Part shown: piece after piece, positions 27,421 through 38,100 of the stretch
Numbering within the stretch: position 1 is the stretch's first letter
Layout: each line of letters begins with the position of its first letter
IMG/VR virus record: IMGVR_UViG_3300025168_000103
Span: 1-56,292 of that record
DNA from: a virus
Taxonomy: Duplodnaviria; Caudoviricetes
Length of the DNA stretch: 56,292 bases
Reading direction: 5' to 3' (one strand)
Translations under genes and position numbers: made by a program
Notes under the pieces: generated by a model
What the model was told of the DNA's origin: nothing
Seen by the model: the letters and a program-made list of their open reading frames with translations, nothing else
Databases searched by the model: none

Positions 27421-29580
27421 TTATTTCTTTAATGTAAAATATTTAGACCACTTTTTGTTTGTTTGTTGGAATTTTTTAAAAGTTTCTTTATCTGTATTTT
27501 TAGAATACCAGTTCATAAATCCTTTTGGTCCTTGTTTTAAAGCTTCTTGTAGTGTTTTGTCTTTACTAATTAATGAGCTTAATCCAGACGTAGCTTGTTC
27601 AAATAATTTATTAGTTTGTTGCATATCTCCTTCTGAAGCTTTTTCTGATTCTGTTAATAGCCAGCTCATTATCATTGGTGATGTTAAGTGTCCATTTTCT
27701 GCACTTACTCCACCTACAACCAAACTAGTTTCTATATTAGACTTATATGAAGTTGCTACTTGTGGTAAAATTTCTGTATTACCCTCTGTGTATATATTTG
27801 CTAAATCTAATTCTAATCTATCTTTTTGTTTTTCATAATAAGCAGCGTTTGACTTTTTAGTTTCATATGAATTTTTTTCATTAATAACCTTACTTAAACT
27901 TTCGCTGTCTGTCATTTCATCCATTTGTTGTCTAAAAGAAACATTGTTTAAATCTACAACATCATAAAAAGCGTCATCCGCACTAAAGGTATCACTATCT
28001 ATTAATTCGTTTATCATAACTACCTCTACAGGTCTATCACCCATATTGTCTCTTATTTTTTGTAAATCGTTTTTATTTGTATTCCTAGTAATTAACATTG
28101 ATGTAGGTTGTCCTGTTTGCGGGTCTACTCCTGAAACTCTGAATCCTAAATAAGTACCATTGTATTTTAGGTCCATAGCCTCTTCTTCTCCATAAGGATT
28201 AAATCCTAGAGCTCCAAGTCCAAATCCTCCAACAGCACTAATCCCCGCTACTACTGGAGCCGCTACACCTGTTGTAACCAATCCTGCACCAAACCCTACT
28301 GTTCCTGTTGTACCTCCAACTTCTAATCCTCTTTCCCACCATGTTCCAGTTATATCATCATCTGTTACTAATACTCCGTTTTCATTGTACAATCCTTTTG
28401 ATTGCATATTATTTATTGTTCCATTTTCAGAAAAATAAGAGTCACCATACTGAGCTGTCAAAACTGCTGTTTGTATGTTTTTGTCTGTTAATATTTGTCC
28501 AGATGTATTCATTTGGTCTCCAGAACCCATCCATTTTTCATAACCTCTTGACTCTGTGTCATAACCACCTATTCCTGCCCATAATTCTGTGTATGATGTA
28601 TTGTTATTTTCAGGGTCTAAACTTTCTAATAATTGTTGGAACCCACTTATTGAACCAGTACCATGCTCTTGTTCCATATCTAAAACATCATTTACTGTAA
28701 ACCCATCTATAGAACCCTTATAATTTTGTAAAAGTTCTGGAACAGCGTCTAAGTTTTTTTCAAACTGTAAAACATAACTCGTTTCTATTGCTTTTGTACC
28801 ATACACCTCTTGGTCTTCTTCCCATCTTAAATTTTTTCTAGTCCATACTTCTACCGCTTGTTGGTTTTCTTGTAAAGTATTTCTGTCTATACCAGTATCT
28901 CTTGACATATCATTTAGTATCGCTACCTCGTTTTTAGCATAAAAATCTTCATAACTTATTTCTTGACCATTGTCAGTGTCTTCCATCATAGTAGATAAAT
29001 CCCAATCTCCTCTCATTCCCACATAATCAAATTCGTCTGTTTCTCCGTTTATAAAAGCGGTGTATCTTTCATGGTCTCCAGACATAATTAACTTTTGTGT
29101 TTCTGGGTTTTGTGCAGCTGCTGTAAAGTTAGTTAAATTAGCTTTATTATTTGTAACTCTTCTCAATATTGGATTTCCCTTAGTAGGGTCATCGTCTGGA
29201 TTATTTATATTCATCTTATATTGATTTATATAATAATCTAAATTACCATACAATCTAGCTTGTGTATAGTCTCCGTTATATTGTTGTATTATATTTTTTA
29301 TATCTCCCCATCCAGAATGTTCTGCATGCCACTTCTTCATATCGTCAACATCTTTTTGTCTACCAAAAGATGAATTTAATATTTGTGTAGCTGTATCTTC
29401 CGCCTGTTGTATTTGTTGTTGTATAGCGTTTTGTTGATTTATTCTTTGTGTTTGTTGTTGTTGCAACATTTGCATATATTGCAATTCTTTCAAAGATTCA
29501 GAATCTCTTTGACTTTTTCTGTCCTGTGCAGATTTATAACCTGTGCTCAGCGTAGACCAAAATCCATAATCTATTGCCAT
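27421..29580 (-). CDS. putative ejection (cargo) protein
   Basis: Q-rich N-terminal coil and a Gly/Ala hydrophobic segment; lies immediately upstream of the vRNAP gene. Confidence 0.65.
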   Translation of the reverse strand: MAIDYGFWSTLSTGYKSAQDRKSQRDSESLKELQYMQMLQQQQTQRINQQNAIQQQIQQAEDTATQILNSSFGRQKDVDDMKKWHAEHSGWGDIKNIIQQYNGDYTQARLYGNLDYYINQYKMNINNPDDDPTKGNPILRRVTNNKANLTNFTAAAQNPETQKLIMSGDHERYTAFINGETDEFDYVGMRGDWDLSTMMEDTDNGQEISYEDFYAKNEVAILNDMSRDTGIDRNTLQENQQAVEVWTRKNLRWEEDQEVYGTKAIETSYVLQFEKNLDAVPELLQNYKGSIDGFTVNDVLDMEQEHGTGSISGFQQLLESLDPENNNTSYTELWAGIGGYDTESRGYEKWMGSGDQMNTSGQILTDKNIQTAVLTAQYGDSYFSENGTINNMQSKGLYNENGVLVTDDDITGTWWERGLEVGGTTGTVGFGAGLVTTGVAAPVVAGISAVGGFGLGALGFNPYGEEEAMDLKYNGTYLGFRVSGVDPQTGQPTSMLITRNTNKNDLQKIRDNMGDRPVEVVMINELIDSDTFSADDAFYDVVDLNNVSFRQQMDEMTDSESLSKVINEKNSYETKKSNAAYYEKQKDRLELDLANIYTEGNTEILPQVATSYKSNIETSLVVGGVSAENGHLTSPMIMSWLLTESEKASEGDMQQTNKLFEQATSGLSSLISKDKTLQEALKQGPKGFMNWYSKNTDKETFKKFQQTNKKWSKYFTLKK

Positions 29581-32500
29581 TATTCTTCGTTTTCGTTTAA
29601 GTTAGTATTATCTTCATATTTAGAAGATATATTATATCCTCCCTGTGTATTTGCTAGTCCATTTTTAATTTGGTCTAATAATGAATTAGACCCTCTCATA
29701 CTTTGTAAAGCATTAGCAAATGTAAGTCCAGCAAATTCAGAAGCTGCTTTCTTGTTTGCTAATTGCATTTGTAAGTTCTCAGTTCTTTTAGATTCTTGTT
29801 GCTCGGAGTCAAAGTTTTCTTTAAATACAAGTAATTCGGAATATTGTTTTTGATTTTCTCTTTGTAAAGCTGCGTCTTGAGCAGATACTTCTAATAAAGC
29901 AGATGTTCTTTGAGCGTCAAATATACCTGAAGAAGCTAAATATTTTGCTCTATCTCCTGCTGTACCTCTAATACTATTCTCTAATCCTTGTTGATAAGCT
30001 TTGTCTATACCTCTTCTAATTTTTAATTCTTCTGATGGATGATACCCTCTTTTAGACAGCTCTTTTGTTTCTCTTAAGTGTTCTTGAAACATAGGGCTTA
30101 ATTTAGCTTGTTCCATAGGTGTAACATCTTTCATTGCAGCGGCTAAAGCTTTCTTACCCATAACAGCGTTTATTAAAGCGTCAGGACCTCCAAATGAATC
30201 CATAATACCATTAGCTACGTCCATCGTACCTTTTAACAACTCTTGAGCAGTAGGACCCATACTTCTCGGTTCCTCAACTGACTCTAATTCTGTGTCAAAT
30301 TCAAATGCTTCTGGATTGTATGATATTATTTGGTCTAAATCATTTTCTAAATTAGATATATCATAGTCTTCCGACTTTATCTCATCAAATTTAGCAATTT
30401 GTTCTGGACTTAAATTTATATCTGGATTAGCTCCAGTTTCAAATATTTTCTTTTTTCTATTTGCTATAAACAAATCAACTTCATCTGTACCTCCCCTATA
30501 ACGACCAGCTATTCCGTCAGGATGTCCTTTTGTTTTGTCAAAGATATAATCATTTGATAAAATATCTCTACTATGAAAGTTATTTGCTTTATAATTTTTT
30601 AACGTAATTTTTTCTTCTGGTAAAATAGTTCCATTTGTTTCTTTTTTTTCTAGTCTTTCTATTTCTTCTTCGTTTTCACTAAAACTATTTACCCAGTCTT
30701 TTAAAACATATTTACTTGTACCGTCTTTTGGATTTTCAACTAAAACATATTTATTGTTTGCAGACATATCGGTATCTGTAACCCCTGAATTTGCTACGTC
30801 CTGATTTGCTAAATCTATTATTTGTACATTTACCTTGCCTTCTTTTTCTATTAATTTTTTATCTTCTTCAAGAGCTTTTAACTTATTTATATCTTCATTT
30901 GTTGAGTTAGTCATATATAGAAGTTTATCATACTCTGAATCAAACTCTGGTAACTCGCTCTTTTGTGTTGATATGTTTATTTTTTCTAATGTCGATAGTA
31001 TTTTTTCTTTTTCTTTTTCTGTACCTTCAAAACTTCCATCTACAATTGACTTTCTTTGTGATTCTAATTTATTTATAACCGCACCTCTTTGGTCGTTATA
31101 AAACATAGAGATTTGCTGATTGTCATTATTTTCTACAGCTTCTCTAAAGGTATTAATGTCAAATACATCATCTTTATTTCCATATTCTTTTTTTAACTCT
31201 AAATACTCTAAAGCTAAATTTGTAGTTTTTATGTCTTTATCTATTTGAAATTTTTCTTCTTCTGAATCAGAAGCTTCTAAAGCGTCTTCTTTATTTTTTA
31301 AATCCTTTTTTAATTCATTTCTAAGAGCTTTCTCAGAATTAGGTGTACTAAATATTACGTTTTCGTCTTCAACTTGTACATTTGTTAATCTCCCTAAACC
31401 TTTTTCTTCGTTCTCATCTTTTTCTTTTTCTATCCTAGTATATTTTTGCTCGTCTGTTTCTCTTGTTCCGTATAACCTAAAATTTTCTTCTCTTTCTGCT
31501 TCTAATTCTTCAGATTCTATTTCTTTATCTCTTTCTTGTTGTTCTAATTCAACATTAGTAACATCTCCCTTACCAGATTCTTTATTAGCATCTTTTTCTG
31601 CTTGTTCTACTTTATTTGATTCATATAATTCATTAAGGTCGTTGTTTCCGTAACTATACATTAAGTTAGTAAGTTCAGTTTGTTCTTCTGCTGTAATTGT
31701 ATTGTTATTTTTTTTCTCTTCTAACTCGTTAAACCTAGCAGTATCACTTTCTCTTTTTGTTCTTTCTTCATTTGTTTCTAGTACTCCTGTAGCTTCTTTA
31801 TTTACTTGTCTTTGATTTTCTAACGCTACCTCTTCTTTTTCGTACATTGGTTCATACACCTCTTCATAATACCCATCTATTTCACTATATTTTTCAATAG
31901 GTACCCCTTCATATTTTGCTGCTATTTCTGGATTTTCTGCAAATATCTCATCTATATATTCTTTATTTTTTTCTAACTCTTCTATTTCTTCTTCCCTCCA
32001 TTCTTGGTCGAGTAGTTCTTGTTCATCCAATTCTTCTACTTCATCCACATCTTCTACTTCGTCTACTTCTACTTCGTCTACTTCTACTGCTTCTTCTACT
32101 GCATCTTCATTGATATCTCCCTCTAAGTCTTTTTCATCTACTTCTTCCTCTTTCTTTTTCTCATTATACTTTTTTTGTGCTTCTGCAGCTTCTCCCATGT
32201 TAATTCTGTTCCCACTTTTATCTTCTGCATAAATAAACGCATCTTTAATTCCAGCGTCATTCATAGCTTTCTTTATTGATTCTGCGTCTTCTAATGTATT
32301 TGCTCCGTCTTTTCTTTCAGCTGTATAGCTATATATTATCCCTTTATCTAATTCTTTTTTGATTACATATTCACCGCTTTCTTCTATTTTATCAAATACT
32401 GCTTGTGTTTTTTCATTTACATCTCCTTCGACAACTCCTACTTTAACTCTGTAATTTACCCCACCTGTGTTAGATATATTCTCCATCCTAATAGATAATT

Positions 32501-33872
32501 CTAACTTTTCAGCTTGGGCCATTGGAATTCTTGTTGAGCTCAATTCATCATTTTCTGTTTTCTCTGCATAGGTAAACGCGTCTACAAATCCAAAATTTCT
32601 AAGTTCTTTTTGAAGTCTGTCTGCTGCTTCTTTTGTTGTAACTGGCCCATCTTCTACCTTATACATACTGTACCTGTATAAAATTCCTTTGTCAAGTTCT
32701 TTAATTACTGTATATCCTTCATCTTCTCTTAGCCTGTTCAACAGTGATTGTGTTTTTTCATTTAATCTTTCACCTTCCCAAACTCCAACTTGAACCTTAT
32801 ATTCTAATTTAGGTAATGATGTTTCTTTATCTACCACCACCTCTTCTTCAGGAACTATCTCTTCTTCAACTACTACCTCTTCTTCTATTTCTTCTGAATC
32901 GGATTGAATCATATTTAAGTCTCTAGTAATATTACCACCTACAAAATCTTCACTATTTGTCTCTATTTTTTCCAATTCTTCACCTGCATCATTTTTTATG
33001 GAAATAGTATAATTTTTATTAATGTCTATATTTTCTGAGGTATAAGTACCATTCTCATCTGCTGTAACTACTTGTGTATTTCCATCCTGGTCTGTTATAG
33101 TTACTTTAGAATTTGGTATTATATCTCCTGTTTTTGTGTTTGTTACAACTCCACTAATTTTACCTGAAAGAGGTTCTTCGGACACTAATTCTTCTTCTGT
33201 TGATTCATTGTTTAATATTGTTTCGTTGGTATTCACCCACTTTATTTCTTCTGTGACTCCTCCTGTCTTTGGTTGTATACCATTATTATCATTTGTAGTC
33301 ATTGCTGTTAAATCTACATTTTCACCATCTTTAACAGAATTTTGATATTCTTCTGATTTATTATAATCGTTTTTTACATATGTATGTTCGTTCTTCACAA
33401 CTTGTATACCATATTCATAGGCGTCAGTTTCATGTATAGTCACTAATCTACCTTCAGTATGATATGTTGCCTCGTCTTCTGATTCTACAACGTTATCCGC
33501 TGTATCTTCTGTTACAGCTTCAAAATGAAAATGTGGTCCACCATCTGCGTTTCTTTCATCCAATATTCTTATGTTGTGTCTTTTACAAAACGCTAACCCA
33601 TCGTCAGTCATTTTTATCTTACCCATATTAGAATAATCTGACGGGTCAAAGTCTTCTCCAAAAAAGAATTGTAACATAGAAGCGTCATCACTACCCCAAA
33701 CACCTACATCCATAGCGTCAAATGAATGGTGTCTAGAACCTGGTTTACCTCGTTTAGTAGAGGTAATAGTCCATCCTAACTTCATTCCATATAACTCTTG
33801 TACAAAAGCGTTTATTTCGGAACTTAATTCTCCTCCTGAATCATTTCTTCTTCTAATTGTTGGATTTGGCAT
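29580..33872 (-). CDS. putative ejection protein with peptidase M15-like, carboxypeptidase-regulatory-like and two SPOR-like domains
   Basis: SRHHSFDAMD...GPHFHFE; ISGVVTNTKTGDIIPNSKVTI; two Y(K/R)V(Q/K)VGV...LDKGI.Y.Y...DAF.YAE repeats; long acidic linker. Confidence 0.7.
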   Translation of the reverse strand: MPNPTIRRRNDSGGELSSEINAFVQELYGMKLGWTITSTKRGKPGSRHHSFDAMDVGVWGSDDASMLQFFFGEDFDPSDYSNMGKIKMTDDGLAFCKRHNIRILDERNADGGPHFHFEAVTEDTADNVVESEDEATYHTEGRLVTIHETDAYEYGIQVVKNEHTYVKNDYNKSEEYQNSVKDGENVDLTAMTTNDNNGIQPKTGGVTEEIKWVNTNETILNNESTEEELVSEEPLSGKISGVVTNTKTGDIIPNSKVTITDQDGNTQVVTADENGTYTSENIDINKNYTISIKNDAGEELEKIETNSEDFVGGNITRDLNMIQSDSEEIEEEVVVEEEIVPEEEVVVDKETSLPKLEYKVQVGVWEGERLNEKTQSLLNRLREDEGYTVIKELDKGILYRYSMYKVEDGPVTTKEAADRLQKELRNFGFVDAFTYAEKTENDELSSTRIPMAQAEKLELSIRMENISNTGGVNYRVKVGVVEGDVNEKTQAVFDKIEESGEYVIKKELDKGIIYSYTAERKDGANTLEDAESIKKAMNDAGIKDAFIYAEDKSGNRINMGEAAEAQKKYNEKKKEEEVDEKDLEGDINEDAVEEAVEVDEVEVDEVEDVDEVEELDEQELLDQEWREEEIEELEKNKEYIDEIFAENPEIAAKYEGVPIEKYSEIDGYYEEVYEPMYEKEEVALENQRQVNKEATGVLETNEERTKRESDTARFNELEEKKNNNTITAEEQTELTNLMYSYGNNDLNELYESNKVEQAEKDANKESGKGDVTNVELEQQERDKEIESEELEAEREENFRLYGTRETDEQKYTRIEKEKDENEEKGLGRLTNVQVEDENVIFSTPNSEKALRNELKKDLKNKEDALEASDSEEEKFQIDKDIKTTNLALEYLELKKEYGNKDDVFDINTFREAVENNDNQQISMFYNDQRGAVINKLESQRKSIVDGSFEGTEKEKEKILSTLEKINISTQKSELPEFDSEYDKLLYMTNSTNEDINKLKALEEDKKLIEKEGKVNVQIIDLANQDVANSGVTDTDMSANNKYVLVENPKDGTSKYVLKDWVNSFSENEEEIERLEKKETNGTILPEEKITLKNYKANNFHSRDILSNDYIFDKTKGHPDGIAGRYRGGTDEVDLFIANRKKKIFETGANPDINLSPEQIAKFDEIKSEDYDISNLENDLDQIISYNPEAFEFDTELESVEEPRSMGPTAQELLKGTMDVANGIMDSFGGPDALINAVMGKKALAAAMKDVTPMEQAKLSPMFQEHLRETKELSKRGYHPSEELKIRRGIDKAYQQGLENSIRGTAGDRAKYLASSGIFDAQRTSALLEVSAQDAALQRENQKQYSELLVFKENFDSEQQESKRTENLQMQLANKKAASEFAGLTFANALQSMRGSNSLLDQIKNGLANTQGGYNISSKYEDNTNLNENEE
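32040..32105 (-). repeat. 15-nt EVDEV coding microrepeat
   Basis: CTTCTACTTCGTCTA-like units repeated. Confidence 0.6.
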
Positions 33873-35116
33873 TATGAATACATATTATTAGATTTCCACT
33901 TCTTTATATTTTTTTCTGCTACCATAGCAATTTGTTTATCTGACATAGTAGATTTAAACTGGTCAGAAGCGTGGTCATATATACCAGCTCCATCTCCTAC
34001 CTTAAAAGGTAACGCACCTCCACCTGCGTATATACTTCCATCTGAAGTTACAGGCATTGGATTATTTTGATGTGTTTCAGGACCAGGAGTTATTCTACCT
34101 CCTCTCATTGCTTCTCTTATGGGTTTTGCAGCTTTAGAGTAATTTTTTTCAGCAATACCTTCTTCTACAGTATTTTGATTATTTACAATCAATTCATTGC
34201 CTGTAAACTCTGCTGTTACATTTTTTAAATTAACCCCTCCTGAGTTGTAATTATATTTCATCCCACTTGCTCCCATTGTGTTTTGATTTGATAAAGCTCC
34301 TCCATAAATAGTATTTCCTTTTGCTTTTCTAGATAAATCTGACATTAAATTTCTTTTTTTTCTTTCTTCTATCATGTTTTGGGAATACAAATTTTTTGTT
34401 TCTTGCTTTATCTCTTGTTCTTGTCTTTTTAGTTTTTTAGATTTTTTACTTCTAAATAAATATCCTAAAGCAGCTGCAGCGATAGGTACCCACGGAGCTG
34501 CTACTCCCGCCATCCCCATTACTGTTTTTGCAGCCATATAATCTCCTACCCCCATACCTACAGCCTCTGGAGTTTTATATGTATACGGATTGTTGTCATT
34601 TGCTATTGTGTAAGCCGCAGCTGCTATCGCTCCACTTCCCGCTGCGGACATTCCAGTGGCAGCTGGATTTGGTATTGTTGCTGGAGCTGCCCCCATAACT
34701 CCTTCTGCTCCTGCTACCCCTTTTACTCCTGCCACGTGTCCCACATCTCCTACTGGAAAATTTGGTATTGTTGCTGGAGGAAGCGCTGTCATTCCTTGAG
34801 GAAGCCCTTTATCAATAACTTTTTGACCTATTTTACCTATGGGGCTTGATAATTTATCAACCGCTGTACTAGCTGTTGATATATTACTCATTCCTGATGT
34901 TACCTTTTGTTCTATAGATGGAGATTCGTAATACTCAGAGGGAATGTATCCTTCTGGAGCGTCTTGTAAAGCTTCTCCTTGAGCTTGATTATATAAATCT
35001 CCCGCATCTTGATAAGTATATGCTGAAGAACTGTAAGGATTAGTAGGATTAAATTCTGATAAATCAGCTCTCCTTCTGTCCTGTAATTGATTCATTAAGT
35101 CTAAGTAATTTGCCAT
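33872..35116 (-). CDS. putative ejection protein with hydrophobic Ala/Gly segment
   Basis: GMAGVAAPWVPIAAAALGYLF followed by a basic coil; located between the tail stabiliser and the cargo genes. Confidence 0.6.
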   Translation of the reverse strand: MANYLDLMNQLQDRRRADLSEFNPTNPYSSSAYTYQDAGDLYNQAQGEALQDAPEGYIPSEYYESPSIEQKVTSGMSNISTASTAVDKLSSPIGKIGQKVIDKGLPQGMTALPPATIPNFPVGDVGHVAGVKGVAGAEGVMGAAPATIPNPAATGMSAAGSGAIAAAAYTIANDNNPYTYKTPEAVGMGVGDYMAAKTVMGMAGVAAPWVPIAAAALGYLFRSKKSKKLKRQEQEIKQETKNLYSQNMIEERKKRNLMSDLSRKAKGNTIYGGALSNQNTMGASGMKYNYNSGGVNLKNVTAEFTGNELIVNNQNTVEEGIAEKNYSKAAKPIREAMRGGRITPGPETHQNNPMPVTSDGSIYAGGGALPFKVGDGAGIYDHASDQFKSTMSDKQIAMVAEKNIKKWKSNNMYS

Positions 35117-38100
35117 TAGTTATATGATTTTCGGTATTTTGCAAGTATTGCAAAGATATTAAATTTATTTATACTTCTTGTCATGTATGATATATTTATG
35201 TATGTACCTCTCATTCTAGGTCCTGAACTAACAACATCTCTCAACGGAAATCTTAATATACCTTCTTGGTACTTTGCTAGTGTACTAGCATTTATATCTA
35301 TAGTACCTTGACCCGATACCTCTGTATTAAATATTGCAAGCTGATTAGTTAAATTTGCTTTAGCGTCAGGAGTCATTACAATTTTAGCGTTATCAAAAAC
35401 TTTAACATCTGAAGGTATTTCTGATATAGATTTAGTCACAGTACTCATCGCTATATCGCCTGAGGCTGGAGAAATGTTTTCGTCAAAAAACATGTTCTTG
35501 TAGCTGTGAATTTGTTCGTCCCATTTCCACACAGATAAATGATTACTATTAAACATGTAAGATGTATTACCAGGAGCTCCTGTATATGGTCCTTTTTCAT
35601 CTAAATAAATATCACTTTCTGTAGAAGTTACATATCCACCTATTGACATCCATCTTCTTGGTGTAACAGAATAATAAGATGTAAAAGCATTTATAGATTC
35701 ACTGTAAACTATAGTTCTTGATGCTGTACTAGCTATTTGATAGCGACTTTCTCCTGTACCAACACTTCTAACGTCTCTATTATTTTCAATATCTAAATCA
35801 GAACTATGCATAGTAATAATTAGCTCATTGTTTTTATAATCAAAAATACTTGTTATTCCGTTAAATTTTAAAGCGTTATCACAAATAAAATTTCTTCCAA
35901 TTTTCTTTTTACTGTCTAAATTTCCGCGAATAGAATTGTCAAATCCCTTAATAATATTTTCAAAAGCGTTTCTTTGTCCTAAATCGTCAGATAAAACTTT
36001 TAAAGTCTCTCCTGTATACTGTATTAGTTTTGCATAAGTATTATCTATATAATATATAGCTTTTTCTGTAGAGACAACACTTTCCATATGTCTTGTTCCA
36101 AACTTAGTTGATATATATAGATGATTTTCAACTGTTTCTCCTGTACCTGTAAATAGAGAAGACCCTAATTCATCCGCTATCATAGATATAGGATTTACTA
36201 GCAATTTTGACATTGCTGACTCTTGCAATACATATATATCATTTTTCCATTTTGCTAATCTTGTAACTTCTCCATACTGACTTTCCATATCATGAAAAGA
36301 AAACTGTTTAAATACTTTAAAAGAATCCTCAGATTCTCCAGATATTTTTGTTTCAGAATATACAATTTGATAGGGGAGGTCAAGTGATTTACATGTTTGT
36401 GTTTCATCTATAGATATTGCTGATTTTAAATTGTTCTCTTGACTATATACATCATTAATCTCCCAATCATTAGTGTTTATTAATATCTCACCTGCGTCAC
36501 TAGTTATTGAGGAGTCTCCTATATTTGTATCACCAGCTCCTAAATGATAACCTAGTCTCATGTCAGTATTAGTTTCTGATTCTACAGGAAAAACTTGCCA
36601 TCTAGCATATGACTTTTTTTCTATATCACAAGCTGTTTTTTGATGCGAATAAAAATTAACAAACGTGTCTCCTCCAAAAACTTTAGATAAATGATTTGCG
36701 TCTGAGTCTCCATTCGCATCTTTTTTAATAGGATGAAAATTACCAGCAGGTATATATCTTGTTGATACAATAGAATTTAGACCTGGTCCTCCATAAGGTA
36801 TTATGTTCCTTACTATTGAACATAAAAATTTATATGGTATATATGATGGACCTCCAAATTGTCCATGTGCATTGTCTATACCAGTGTTACTAGTACTATA
36901 TGCTCTATCATTAACTTCATTAGAAATTTGACTCATACATCCATGAAAATCCCCACGTCCTACATTTTGACCTGTATTCCAACTTCTGTTTTCTAAAACT
37001 GCAGATAAGTCTCTAGGGTTTAAAAGTCCTCTTTTTTCTCCCGCTACTCCATCTCCATCTATTTGTATAAGAATACTTCTTAATCCTGTTTGTACTGTTG
37101 ACTTTGTATCGTAAGTTCTACAAGCGTCATCTGGACCACTAGCACCTGTGTATTTTACACCCTCTATCATAGAAAATAAAAACGATGTACCTCCAGAAGA
37201 TTCTTGTTTATGACTTCCAGATGTAACCGCCTCTCTTCTTGCTCCTGAATAAAACCCTAATGTATTATTAGAAAATCCATTCATACTATTGTCTGCGTCA
37301 GATTGACTACCAGGTGTAGCGAAAGCTTTTTCTCCTTCATCTATCATCAACACACCGTTTTTAAAGAATGATTGTGACACTACCTCTCCTTCTTCTAATT
37401 CTTTAGCGTTTAATATCTCATGATGATAAACATCGTGAAATTGACTAGCTCTATACTGAGTATTAAACGTACCTCCAGGATTGTTATAAGCTTCACTTAT
37501 TTGTTTAGTTGAATGACCAGAAGCGTATCCAGCTCCTCCGTCAATAGACATACCTATTCCGTAATATGTATCATATATATAATACTTTGCAATTAAAGCT
37601 CCGTATCCGTCATCATCACTACCTATATCTATTTTTTTACAATATCTTAATGTGTTATCTTTAGATAATTCATCATTATGTGGATGCCAACTTTTACCTG
37701 TTGTTGCATTAAAATTATTCTGTATTCTATGTAAACTATCAGGTGTTCCATCGTTAGTAACAGCTCCTGGTTCTGCAGTAGGTTGTGGTCCAAAAGAAGT
37801 TCCTGAATGATTCCGCATACCAAAAGGACTTCCGCTAGGGCTAGAATTTGACTCTCCTGTTGTTTTTAAGTCATAAACCAACTTCATTATAGCGTCTACA
37901 CGTACTTTATCTCCTGTTCTGTGAGCATATGGAGACATTCCAAAAGCACTATCAGGACTGTCTAATGTAAATACACTTCCTTGTACAGCTTGAGCGGAAG
38001 CTCCCTTTAAATAATGTGTATGGGTATTACTAGATAAATTATGTCTATTAACTGGAACAGTCATTTCTTTTACATTAGGCATTACCTCATAACATCCAAA

